In this document: positions 8,840 to 17,809 of the stretch, one piece after another | Numbering within the stretch: position 1 is the stretch's first letter | Layout of the letters: each line of letters begins with the position of its first letter | Assembly (NCBI GenBank): GCA_036677365.1 | Contig: JAVBWN010000037.1 | Location: forward strand, 1-27,195 | DNA: 27,195 nucleotides | Direction: 5' to 3' | Origin: Acholeplasma sp. | GTDB lineage: Bacteria > Bacillota_I > Bacilli_A > Acholeplasmatales > UBA5453 | The notes under the pieces: generated by a model | Told to the model about the DNA's origin: nothing | Databases searched by the model: none | What the model saw: only the letters and a program-made list of their open reading frames with translations | Made by a program: the position numbers and the translations under genes

Positions 8840-9687
8840 TATTTTTCACCTTTAACGAGTATGGTTTGGTCATCTTCAAAAACGACCTTTCTTTCACTAT
8901 ATAGTCGGCCTAGGGCACGTTTGAATGCTTTTTTTGAAAGCTTGAATGTTTCATAGATGGCATCTTTGTCTGAATCTGATGTAAATGGCATTTTCCCGCC
9001 ATTTTGCACCAAGTAATCGTATAGAATGACGGCGTCTTGATCCATCATTTTTTCTTTAACATCGATCAAAGAACCGCTGTATCCATCTTCATGAATTCTC
9101 GCAATTCTGACATTGGCTTGTTCACCTAAACGGTAAACACGTCTCATTTGGGTATGATGTACGAAAATGAGGTGACCTTGAGCTGTCATCATATTCAAAC
9201 CTTCTTTACCTGCATGGATGACATACGCATCGACATGCTGGTGTAAATCGAGTTTGGATTCTGGTTTGAGGTTGATTTCCACTTTATTGAGTGGTTTGGC
9301 TACCAACCTGTTCTTGAGTTTTAAAATGCAGTATAATGTGTCACCCTTTTCGGGCCACAAATTGAAATCATACGGTAGATAGTCTTTCGAAACGAGCATG
9401 TCTTTCGAAATATTGTTCCCCACAAACACGCCCAAATCATGGTTAATTTCCTTAACCGTCACGAAATCTGGGTGATTTACTGTGATGATTGGGGTGAATA
9501 AAGTCGCCGCTAAACGGGACTTAAAGTCATAATATAAAAATGCAGATACGGTTTGGTTATCTTGCAGGGTTTGATGATTGGTTTCATTGAAATGCAAAAA
9601 GACGTCTTCGGTCCCATCGGTCAACATATACCCAATATCCGTTTTACGTTTTACTTTCAATAGATTGTTATCGCCTATTTTTAACAT
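8839..9687 (-). CDS. cvfB: S1-domain RNA-binding protein, CvfB/YitL family
   Basis: 282 aa with S1-like repeats and a C-terminal winged helix (FKLSKKAFKRALGRLY). TAATG overlap with proS. Confidence 0.85.
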   Translation of the reverse strand: MLKIGDNNLLKVKRKTDIGYMLTDGTEDVFLHFNETNHQTLQDNQTVSAFLYYDFKSRLAATLFTPIITVNHPDFVTVKEINHDLGVFVGNNISKDMLVSKDYLPYDFNLWPEKGDTLYCILKLKNRLVAKPLNKVEINLKPESKLDLHQHVDAYVIHAGKEGLNMMTAQGHLIFVHHTQMRRVYRLGEQANVRIARIHEDGYSGSLIDVKEKMMDQDAVILYDYLVQNGGKMPFTSDSDKDAIYETFKLSKKAFKRALGRLYSERKVVFEDDQTILVKGEK

Positions 9688-9717
9688 GTTATCACATCCT
9701 CGTCTATTATATCATAT

Positions 9718-10854
9718 TCATGATACATTTGTTTTTTTATAGTCAATAAAGCCAATGGCAGACAATGCGATGACTGCAGCCAAGAGGTAATACGGTCGAT
9801 ACCCAGCGAGTTCAGTGATGTAACCTCCAGATAGGGTTACAAGCGCTGTGAATAGACTTCTGAAACTTGAAAATATAAGAATTCCCAAGGTAATATTCTT
9901 AGGTAATACAATTTCTTCGATGTATCGAATGGTCACATACAACATCGTCCCCATCGTGATACTTCGAATTAAGCTGATGCCAATATAAACAAACAATGGC
10001 AAATCAATCCCGTAAATGAGGAATCTCAGACCATTCGTAATGACAATCACAAGTAACAGTGTTTTCGTCTTATACTTGTACCCATTGGCGGATAAATATG
10101 CCAGTACAATCATTTCAAAGATGATGAATATGAACATGATGAGACCATATTGATCAGGGCTTACCCCCAAAGACTCAAAATAGATACTCAAGAAGTTGTC
10201 ACCACCAAATAATATACCTAAGGTAATGATATAGAAAATCGCAAATTGAATGAACTTGGTGTTATGAATCAGTACTTTAGGGTCGCTCTTTAAATTTAAA
10301 TCACGGTCGTGTTCAATATCTAAAGGCAATACCCAAGTGAGTGCGACCGCAAACAACGCGAAGAATACAGCCGCTAAGATGAACGTTTCTTCATACCCCA
10401 GTTTCGCAATCATGATCCCACCGATGATGGTCGTGATACCATAGGAGAATGAACCGAACAAACGGATGTTCCCATAAGGGTAAGATTTCTTTTTACTAAA
10501 GACAGAGGTATAGCTATCGAGCAACACATACACCGGTTGACCTACAATGGCTAAAATCACAACCGCTAAAGCGATGAATTCCGTTTGTTTGAGCTGGATT
10601 AAAACGATGACTGTGATTGCTTCTAAAACGGTGAGAATTCGCATGATGTGGCGATTATCGTTGATATTTCTGGATAGGCTACTCCAAATTGGATTCACAA
10701 ACAAAGCAACCAATGGTAAGATCATTAAAATGAGGCCAATTTGGTTGTTTGGAACAGACATCGATTTGAGGTATAAAGCAAAAAAAGGGTAGAACAATGC
10801 GTCCCCAATGAAGCGTACAAAATACGTTAATTGATACTTGCGAACCTCTTTCAC
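9718..10854 (-). CDS. MFS transporter (MFS_1-like)
   Basis: About 12 hydrophobic segments; YPFFALYL...QIG and YGNIRLFGS motifs. GTG start. Confidence 0.85.
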   Translation of the reverse strand: MKEVRKYQLTYFVRFIGDALFYPFFALYLKSMSVPNNQIGLILMILPLVALFVNPIWSSLSRNINDNRHIMRILTVLEAITVIVLIQLKQTEFIALAVVILAIVGQPVYVLLDSYTSVFSKKKSYPYGNIRLFGSFSYGITTIIGGIMIAKLGYEETFILAAVFFALFAVALTWVLPLDIEHDRDLNLKSDPKVLIHNTKFIQFAIFYIITLGILFGGDNFLSIYFESLGVSPDQYGLIMFIFIIFEMIVLAYLSANGYKYKTKTLLLVIVITNGLRFLIYGIDLPLFVYIGISLIRSITMGTMLYVTIRYIEEIVLPKNITLGILIFSSFRSLFTALVTLSGGYITELAGYRPYYLLAAVIALSAIGFIDYKKTNVS

Positions 10855-10883
10855 TTTATCACCATACCCATTATATCAAAAAG

Positions 10884-10914
10884 AAAAAAAAGTGAAAGTT
10901 GTTTTCACTTTTTT
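10884..10914. terminator. Intrinsic terminator downstream of fic
   Basis: AAAAAAGTGAAA...TTTCACTTTTTT hairpin. Confidence 0.7.
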
Positions 10915-10928
10915 ATATATAAAAATGC

Positions 10929-11657
10929 TTACTTGTTGAGGAGTTGATTGACATCATTGTAACGTTTTAACAAGAGTGTGCTTACAAGGTCAACCATAGG
11001 GGTCATATCTTTTTGTTCTTTGAACGTATCGAGCGCATGGAAATACGCTTTGATATGATCACGACTAATCGAAATCGGTAAGTAATCGTTTTGCATCAAA
11101 ACAAAATTCATCAGTAGACGCGCTAAACGCCCGTTGCCATCCACAAATGGATGAATCTTGGATATAGATAAGTGTACGTAACATGCACGTTCAATCGCGT
11201 CGCCTTCAAACTCTTCTAAATTCATGAAGAACTTTTTCATGCGATCGTATACTTTCACGTGGTCAGGTGGTTGGTGGGTAGAACCCATCAGTTGGATATT
11301 CACTTGACGATACAATCCGCCAACCATGATATCCTCTAAGATGATTTGGTGTAAATCTTTAATGAAATCTTCGGTGAGTGGTTGTTTTTCTTCCACTGCT
11401 TTTTTGATAAATTCATACGCTTTAACATGGTTTAAAACTTCTTTTTGTTCACGTTCACTACGGTCAAGTAGTTGTCTTGCTTTAATGAGTCGTTCTACTT
11501 CTTCCTTCGTGATGTGATTTTTACCTTCAAAACCGATGGCTGCACACGCTTGTTCTAATTCAAATGCATGCTCGATTTTTTGAAGTTCCTCGTTGCTTGC
11601 TTCTTTAAGAGCAATCAAGAGGTGTTTCTTCTCTGCTTCTAAAAGGCCTCTTTCCAT
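10929..11657 (-). CDS. Fic-domain protein (AMPylase-like)
   Basis: Canonical HPFVDGNGRLAR motif; N-terminal AIGFEG resembles the (S/T)xxxE(G/N) inhibitory motif. Confidence 0.92.
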   Translation of the reverse strand: MERGLLEAEKKHLLIALKEASNEELQKIEHAFELEQACAAIGFEGKNHITKEEVERLIKARQLLDRSEREQKEVLNHVKAYEFIKKAVEEKQPLTEDFIKDLHQIILEDIMVGGLYRQVNIQLMGSTHQPPDHVKVYDRMKKFFMNLEEFEGDAIERACYVHLSISKIHPFVDGNGRLARLLMNFVLMQNDYLPISISRDHIKAYFHALDTFKEQKDMTPMVDLVSTLLLKRYNDVNQLLNK

Positions 11658-11686
11658 ATCAGTTCACTCCCGTTTCTTATAATGTT

Positions 11687-11715
11687 ATTATAACAATAAA
11701 AACGCTATCATTCAA
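11687..11715 (-). promoter_or_regulatory. fic promoter with a cre-like site in the spacer
   Basis: TTGAAT, 17 bp, TATAAT (with TG extension). TGATAGCGTTTTTA at 11697..11710. Confidence 0.55.
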
Positions 11716-11719
11716 CGTT

Positions 11720-11762
11720 AAAAAGAAAAAAGACGTGGATTGCGTCATAACGCCCACGTCTT
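11720..11762 (-). terminator. Terminator of the amino-acid ABC operon
   Basis: AAGACGTGG...CCACGTCTT stem followed by a U-rich tail on the minus strand. Confidence 0.7.
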
Positions 11763-11767
11763 ATGGT

Positions 11768-12508
11768 TTAGATGTGTTGAATCACACGATTCAAGAACTG
11801 TCTGGTTCTTTCTTCTTTGGGTTGACTAAAAAAATCTTTCGGATTATTTTCTTCGAGTACAATGCCTTGGTCCATGAATAGGATGCGATCTGAAACTTCT
11901 TTTGCAAACCCCATTTCATGGGTAACAATGACCATGGTCATCCCCTCATCACGCAATGTCTTGATGACTGAAAGGACCTCTCCTACCATTTCAGGGTCAA
12001 GTGCAGATGTGGGTTCATCAAAAAGCATCACTTTGGGTTCCATACACAGTGCACGGGCAATCGCAACCCTTTGTTTTTGTCCACCTGACAAGCGTCTTAC
12101 ATCTTGTTTGATGAAATCTTTTAAGCCCACTTTTGTCAAATATTTGATGGCGCGTTCGGTGGCTTCTTTTTTGGAAAGTCCTAAACGGAGCATCGGCGCC
12201 ATGGTGCAATTATCCAATACATTTTTATTGTTGAATAAGTTGAATTGTTGGAACACCATCCCCATGTGTTCACGGAGTTTGTTGATGTCTGTATTGGGGT
12301 CCATCAAATCTTGTTCTTCAAAGTATATATGACCACTGTTGGGTTCATTCAATAAGTTCAAACAACGCAGTAATGTTGTTTTGCCAGAACCCGATGAACC
12401 CACCAAAGTGATGACCTCTTTTGGATTCACAGTCAAATTGATTTGATTTAATATGATTCGATCATCAAATCGTTTGATGAGATTTTCTACACGGATGATG
12501 GGGTTCAT
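11768..12508 (-). CDS. Polar amino-acid ABC transporter ATP-binding protein (GlnQ-like)
   Basis: [40 protein letters not shown]. Confidence 0.95.
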   Translation of the reverse strand: MNPIIRVENLIKRFDDRIILNQINLTVNPKEVITLVGSSGSGKTTLLRCLNLLNEPNSGHIYFEEQDLMDPNTDINKLREHMGMVFQQFNLFNNKNVLDNCTMAPMLRLGLSKKEATERAIKYLTKVGLKDFIKQDVRRLSGGQKQRVAIARALCMEPKVMLFDEPTSALDPEMVGEVLSVIKTLRDEGMTMVIVTHEMGFAKEVSDRILFMDQGIVLEENNPKDFFSQPKEERTRQFLNRVIQHI

Positions 12509-13263
12509 GCGTTCACCTCCGCTGTGGTATCTAAGCGTTTCGATAAGTAATCGACCACTTTAGACGATAAATAAGTAAGTATTAAATATAGGATCGCAGC
12601 AATCATAAACGACTCATAGTATCGATATGTGGCTGATGCCCCTTGTCTTACGGAGTAGAATAAGTCTACAACCGATATGACCGATAATACGGCGGTATCT
12701 TTTAGGTTAACGACAAATTCATTACCTACCCCTGGCAAGGCATTCTTGATGGCTTGTGGCCACATGACCTTGCGCATGGCTTGCCGATGACTCATCCCCA
12801 GCGTTCTAGCAGCTTCCATTTGGCCAGGGTCGACGGCTTGTAATCCACCTCTTAAGACTTCAGATATATAGGCAGTGGTATTGACGGTAACAATGATTAA
12901 CCCTGCAGGCAATGGTCCCCACCAAGAAAACATGCCTGTCGTAGCAATCCCATAATAGATGATCATCGCTTGAACAATCATCGGTGTGCCTCTGAAGACG
13001 GTCACATAGATGATGGCCAGTTGTCTGAAGACTGCCTTGTATATTTTGACGAAAAGGCGATCACGTTTAGCATCGATGACAACGACGCGCGCTTGGGTCA
13101 CGCCCATGGCGAGGATAAATCCGCCGAGGGTTCCCACGACGGATAATAAAATCGTTACACCAAGACCATATAAGATGATTTTATAATAGGATTGGACGAT
13201 ATAAATGATCGTACCAAAGAAATCACTTTGGGGTGGTAAAGTTGCTAAAACATCCAAGAACAT
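12505..13263 (-). CDS. Polar amino-acid ABC transporter permease (probably lysine)
   Basis: [28 protein letters not shown] motifs. Confidence 0.93.
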   Translation of the reverse strand: MFLDVLATLPPQSDFFGTIIYIVQSYYKIILYGLGVTILLSVVGTLGGFILAMGVTQARVVVIDAKRDRLFVKIYKAVFRQLAIIYVTVFRGTPMIVQAMIIYYGIATTGMFSWWGPLPAGLIIVTVNTTAYISEVLRGGLQAVDPGQMEAARTLGMSHRQAMRKVMWPQAIKNALPGVGNEFVVNLKDTAVLSVISVVDLFYSVRQGASATYRYYESFMIAAILYLILTYLSSKVVDYLSKRLDTTAEVNA

Positions 13264-14081
13264 TATTGTCTATTGAGTGCTGCCAACATCCACGCATCTT
13301 TGGTTTCAGCAGAAATGTTTGCTAAAACACCATTGATCGCTTCTAATAATGCGGTATCTCTTTTTCTTAAAGCAACCGCTGTAGTGACATCTTCTTCAGA
13401 TAAAGTAAAGCCATTAGATCCAGCGAAATTGACGAATGTTAAGTTCGAATTGGATTGAACAATGGACATCGCGACTGGCAATTCAGCGATGAATGCATCA
13501 GCCACACCACTCAACACAGCATTGGTTAAAGCGTTGTAGGAATCGAGTGGGGTTTGATGAACTACATTTGGGATTTGATCGATCAAATCGTCTTGTAATG
13601 TCCCCAGTTGTGCAACAACTTTTGCACCAGTAAATCCAGCCAATGTGGTTGCACTTGCATAATTAGAATCGGTACGAACCACCATCACTTGTTGTGCTCT
13701 ATAGTATTCTGTGGAGAAATTAACGGTTTTAGCACGTTCGGATGTCGGGCTCATACCAGCGATGATGACATCGATTTGTCCAGCTTGTAGTGCTGGGATC
13801 AAACCATCCCATTCAATCGCTTTAATTTCTAAGACCAAACCAAGTTCTTCTGCGATGTGACGTGCAACAACCACGTCATAACCATCCACAAATGCGCCAG
13901 GTTGACCCGACAGTGGCACTGTAAATGCATTTTGTGTTTGGGTTGTCCAATTGTATGGGGCATATGCTGCTTCTAACCCAACCACCAAAGTGTTCCCTTC
14001 TTCTACTTCATAGCTCGATGTGCTACATGCAGATAGGGTCAATGCGAGTAATACAAATAATACGAAAAACATTCTCTTCAT
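13263..14081 (-). CDS. Amino-acid ABC transporter substrate-binding lipoprotein (SBP family 3; probably lysine)
   Basis: Lipobox LSAC; VGLEAAYAPY, DGYDV, WDGLIPAL, AGMSPT.ER. Downstream of a lysine riboswitch. Confidence 0.9.
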   Translation of the reverse strand: MKRMFFVLFVLLALTLSACSTSSYEVEEGNTLVVGLEAAYAPYNWTTQTQNAFTVPLSGQPGAFVDGYDVVVARHIAEELGLVLEIKAIEWDGLIPALQAGQIDVIIAGMSPTSERAKTVNFSTEYYRAQQVMVVRTDSNYASATTLAGFTGAKVVAQLGTLQDDLIDQIPNVVHQTPLDSYNALTNAVLSGVADAFIAELPVAMSIVQSNSNLTFVNFAGSNGFTLSEEDVTTAVALRKRDTALLEAINGVLANISAETKDAWMLAALNRQ

Positions 14082-14107
14082 TGTCGAAGACCTCCTATTT
14101 TTTTAAC

Positions 14108-14130
14108 AAAAAAAGCGTCCCATAGGACGC
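14108..14130 (-). terminator. Riboswitch expression-platform terminator (attenuator)
   Basis: GCGTCC-TATG-GGACGC-TTTTTTT between the aptamer and the GGAGG RBS. Confidence 0.8.
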
Positions 14131-14162
14131 CTTCAACACGAAATAAAAAGAAATTTTTTCAT

Positions 14163-14325
14163 TCGTTAGCGCCTCTACATTTTGATTGTAGGAGTGTTAT
14201 AAGTGTTCCCTATAACCCCATGATTGACCTATGCCTAAGTCCTCATTCGGCGATGGCTACCTTTCGAGTGTGTCGTCGCATGCCTGCTATCCACTGTACT
14301 ATGATACATCGCTACCTCTAAACTT
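14163..14325 (-). promoter_or_regulatory. Lysine riboswitch (L-box)
   Basis: Minus strand: UAGAGGUAGCGAUG...AGUA...GAAAGG...CAUCGCCGAA...UGGG, P4 GUUAUAGG-GAACA-CUUAUAAC, P5 CUACA...UGUAG, GCGCUA. The order of motifs and stems matches the L-box. Confidence 0.9.
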
Positions 14326-14340
14326 TTTTTGTTTGGATAT

Positions 14341-14369
14341 AGAATACTAGCAATTTTAAACAATGTCAA
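14341..14369 (-). promoter_or_regulatory. Promoter of the riboswitch-ABC operon
   Basis: TTGACA, 17 bp, TATTCT. Confidence 0.7.
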
Positions 14370-14406
14370 CCCAAGTTATCGATAAAAACGTTTTCAGTTT
14401 AATGTT

Positions 14407-14436
14407 AAAAAGAAAAAGGACTGAATTTCAGTCCTT
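14407..14436 (-). terminator. Terminator of the cold-shock protein gene
   Basis: AAGGACTGAA...TTCAGTCCTT stem with a U tail on the minus strand. Confidence 0.8.
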
Positions 14437-14459
14437 CTGCTTACCTTGTTATTTTAAAA

Positions 14460-14657
14460 TTATAATTTAACAACCTTAGCAGCTTGTGGGCCGCGGTCGC
14501 CTTCTTTAACTTCAAATTCAACTTGGTCGCCTTCTGCTAATGCTTTGTAACCATCAGCTTGGATAGCGCTGAAGTGTACAAACACATCTTTGCCTTCTGA
14601 TGTTGAAATAAAGCCGTAACCTTTTTCAGCATCGAACCATTTAACTTTGCCTGTCAT
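14460..14657 (-). CDS. Cold-shock protein (CspA family)
   Basis: [15 protein letters not shown] (RNP1) and DVFVHFSAI (RNP2). Promoter TTGTAT-17-TATAAT at 14715..14743. Confidence 0.97.
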   Translation of the reverse strand: MTGKVKWFDAEKGYGFISTSEGKDVFVHFSAIQADGYKALAEGDQVEFEVKEGDRGPQAAKVVKL

Positions 14658-14765
14658 GAAAACTTAACTCCTTACTTGAAAAATTCTGGGTGGTTATTCA
14701 ACTCACCTAAAGACATTATACACTATGCAATAGTTTAATACAAGGGGTTCGGCTAAGTAATTTTT

Positions 14766-16142
14766 TTATATGTTTTTTTGCGATACAAATTCCTCATCCC
14801 GTTTTTTCAATGTTTGGATGATTTCATCATATAATTTTTTATCGATTTTGTAGTATTTGTGATAAATGACATAACTCGCAATGATTAAAATCACGGGCAA
14901 AACCAACATCGATAATTTTAAATACCACACTTCTGTTTCACTGACTTCTGCGGGTGATGTGACTTCAGTGATACCAATCCATACCAAAGTGAGACCGATG
15001 ACTAAGGATGCGATGGCCCCAGAGAGTTTGTTGACAAATGGTTGGATCGCGAAACTGACTGACTCATTCCGTTTGCCTAATTTATAATGACCATACTCAA
15101 CCGTATCCGCCAATAAAACCAAGATGATCAGTTGTAACATCCCCTGACCAAAGAACATGATGATCCCTGCTGCACCAATCCAAAGGATGTCCATGGGTGC
15201 GATGAAGAACAGTACATAGCCCAATAAAACCAATAAGATTGATCCAGTAAACAGTTGTTTTCGACTGAATTTATTAGAAAAGAATCGGAACACCATTAAA
15301 GCGACCATTTGTGAAGCCCCAAGGACGATACCAAATACACCATACATACTTTCATCTTTGTATGCATATTTAAAAAAGTGGAGGCCAAAATTGGTGGTAA
15401 TCATATAACCTGTCATGAATAGGCTCATCGCAACCGCTGCCCACATAAGTTGGTCATTTTTCACAATGATTGAAAACATATCACGGATTTTCGTTTGTTC
15501 TACTTTCGCATAATGAACTTCAACTTTGGTAAATCGAACTGTAATCAATTGACCTAAAACCATCAGTATGGCACTGATTAAAACAAATGAAAAGAACGCC
15601 GTTTGTTCACTCATGTTTAAATCGTTTCTAAAGTAAGTTGTGATCGGAATCAATCCACCAACCACAATGAATACACCTAAATTCGCGAACACACGTGCCC
15701 ATGACCCAATTTCTTCTCGTTCTTTTTGGTCTTGAGTGAGTGCAGGTAACATCGACCAGTAAGCAATATCATTCATGGTGAAAAAGAGTTCCCATAATAA
15801 ATATGATCCTGTAAATACGATGATAAAAGCCAGGTCTGTTAATCCAAAATCCGAAAACATCAAAACTGAGGTTAGTGCTGAACCCAATAAACCAATCAAA
15901 ATCCAAGGTTTAAATTTGCCATATTTTGATCGGGTATTGTCAATAATGACACCCATGAAGGGGTCATTGAACGCATCAAACACACGAATCGATACGATGA
16001 TGACGGTCATGATCAATATCATTTGTGCATTCAAATCTAAGATATCGGTTAAATAAAACATCAAATACATCGATATCAAGGTATAGCTCATGTCTCTACC
16101 AATGGTACCGACGCCAAAGGTAAAACGATTAGATTTGGTCAT
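14766..16142 (-). CDS. Glycoside-pentoside-hexuronide:cation symporter (MelB-like MFS_2)
   Basis: GRD, RVFDAFNDPFMG..IDNTRSKYGKFKPW, DIAYWSMLPAL, DTVEYG. ATG 16142 with a GAGGT RBS. Confidence 0.9.
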   Translation of the reverse strand: MTKSNRFTFGVGTIGRDMSYTLISMYLMFYLTDILDLNAQMILIMTVIIVSIRVFDAFNDPFMGVIIDNTRSKYGKFKPWILIGLLGSALTSVLMFSDFGLTDLAFIIVFTGSYLLWELFFTMNDIAYWSMLPALTQDQKEREEIGSWARVFANLGVFIVVGGLIPITTYFRNDLNMSEQTAFFSFVLISAILMVLGQLITVRFTKVEVHYAKVEQTKIRDMFSIIVKNDQLMWAAVAMSLFMTGYMITTNFGLHFFKYAYKDESMYGVFGIVLGASQMVALMVFRFFSNKFSRKQLFTGSILLVLLGYVLFFIAPMDILWIGAAGIIMFFGQGMLQLIILVLLADTVEYGHYKLGKRNESVSFAIQPFVNKLSGAIASLVIGLTLVWIGITEVTSPAEVSETEVWYLKLSMLVLPVILIIASYVIYHKYYKIDKKLYDEIIQTLKKRDEEFVSQKNI

Positions 16143-17745
16143 GGGTGACCTCAATGACCCTAGCTTCGTAAGGTCTCAAACGTTTCATTTCCATGGGTGG
16201 ATAGTTTTGTAAAAGGATTTCTCCATCCATGTTGAGTTTGATTTTTCGGTATTTAGTAGACATGTTTAATACCACCAATATCTTTTGATTATTCAATACT
16301 CTGTGATAAGCAAACACACCTTTTTTCGCAATCAGTGGGACAAAATCCCCTTCAATTAAAGCGGGGTGTTGTTGTCTAATTTTGATCAATCGTTTGTAGT
16401 AACTGAGGATGGAATCCCCATCGTTTTCTTGTATAGCAACATTGATTTTCTTTTGGTTGTGGTTGATACGTAACCACGGCTTGCCTGTTGAAAAACCACC
16501 CATCGAATCCCATTGCATCGGGCTTCTTGCGTTGTCTCTAGACACGGTTTTGATCATATGCCAACGATAAAACTTAGGAATCCATAGTTTTTTAGTCAAT
16601 GCCCAAATATTTTTGGTTTCGACATCCATATATTCATCTAAAGATTTGTAATCCACATTGGTCATACCAATTTCTTGACCTTGATAAATAAATGGTGAGC
16701 CTTTGAGTGTTAACAGAACCGTTGAAAGCATCTTTGCACTTTCTTTGTGATAATGGGCTGACCCATAACGCGACACACTTCGTGGCTGGTCATGATTTTC
16801 AAAGTAGTTTGCATTCCATGGCAAATCCTTTTGCCACTGGATGAGAATCCGATTGAATTTGTCTGGGTTGAATTTACGTTTGAACCATTTGACTAAAAAT
16901 TGATCTGCATCCATGTGTTCAAAACCAAATACCATATCGAGTTCTTTTTCGGATTCATTACCCAATAAATCGTTGGCTTGTTGGGTATTGACCATCACCG
17001 TTTCACCGACTAAGAATGCACCGTAAGGTTCGATCAATTCTTTTCTGATCCGTCTTAGAATTTCATGATTTTTTTGGGTGGAGTGGTATTTTTCCAATCC
17101 TTTTAAGAACAGACGTGGTTTCCCATTGTCTAAACTGGTTTTATACATCACATTGACGACATCACATCGAAAACCTGCGATGCCTTTTTTAAGCCAAAAT
17201 TCGATGATATGTTTGAATTCGTTATACATATTTGGGTGGTCCCAGTTTAAATCGGGTTGATTTTGAGCGAACAAGTGTAAGTAATATGTGCCGTCTTCAT
17301 TTTTAGACCAAGCTTTTTCACCAAAAAAACTCGTCCAGTTGTTTGGCAATTTTTTACCTTTGCCTGGTCGGTGGTAATAATAATCACGGTATGGGCTGTT
17401 GGGGTCTAAAGATGCTTTAAACCAAGCGTGATCACTGGATGTATGGTTCATCACTAAATCCATGACAAAATGAATACCCCGTTTTTTGCCTTCTTTGATC
17501 AGCTGGTCCATGTCAGCCATGGTGCCATATTCTGGGTTGATGGATAAATAATCACTGATGTCATAGCCGAAATCGACATTTGGGGAAGCGTAGACAGGTG
17601 AAAGCCAAACATACTTTATACCTAAACTAACCAAATAGTCGAGCTTTTGAATGATCCCACGGATATCACCAATGCCATCCCCATTGGAATCTTTAAAACT
17701 TCTCGGATAAATTTGATAGAAAACGCCTTGTTTGAATGCTTGCAT
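16129..17745 (-). CDS. GH13 alpha-glucosidase, probably oligo-1,6-glucosidase
   Basis: YQIYPRSFKDSNGDGIGD, QPDLNW, catalytic GFRCDV / VGE / NHD. Val after the nucleophile Asp is associated with alpha-1,6 preference. Confidence 0.92.
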   Translation of the reverse strand: MQAFKQGVFYQIYPRSFKDSNGDGIGDIRGIIQKLDYLVSLGIKYVWLSPVYASPNVDFGYDISDYLSINPEYGTMADMDQLIKEGKKRGIHFVMDLVMNHTSSDHAWFKASLDPNSPYRDYYYHRPGKGKKLPNNWTSFFGEKAWSKNEDGTYYLHLFAQNQPDLNWDHPNMYNEFKHIIEFWLKKGIAGFRCDVVNVMYKTSLDNGKPRLFLKGLEKYHSTQKNHEILRRIRKELIEPYGAFLVGETVMVNTQQANDLLGNESEKELDMVFGFEHMDADQFLVKWFKRKFNPDKFNRILIQWQKDLPWNANYFENHDQPRSVSRYGSAHYHKESAKMLSTVLLTLKGSPFIYQGQEIGMTNVDYKSLDEYMDVETKNIWALTKKLWIPKFYRWHMIKTVSRDNARSPMQWDSMGGFSTGKPWLRINHNQKKINVAIQENDGDSILSYYKRLIKIRQQHPALIEGDFVPLIAKKGVFAYHRVLNNQKILVVLNMSTKYRKIKLNMDGEILLQNYPPMEMKRLRPYEARVIEVTHDQI

Positions 17746-17779
17746 GGTATCCCACCTTCATAATTCCATTATACATTAG

Positions 17780-17809
17780 AAAAAGAAAAAAGTTACACAT
17801 GGTAACTTT
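17780..17809 (-). terminator. Terminator of the ABC exporter pair
   Basis: AAAGTTAC-(5 nt)-GTAACTTT followed by a U tail on the minus strand. Confidence 0.65.

Noticed and set aside
8839..9717. T-box leader for proS
   Set aside because: proS overlaps cvfB directly and the cvfB leader is only about 30 nt; there is no T-box motif.
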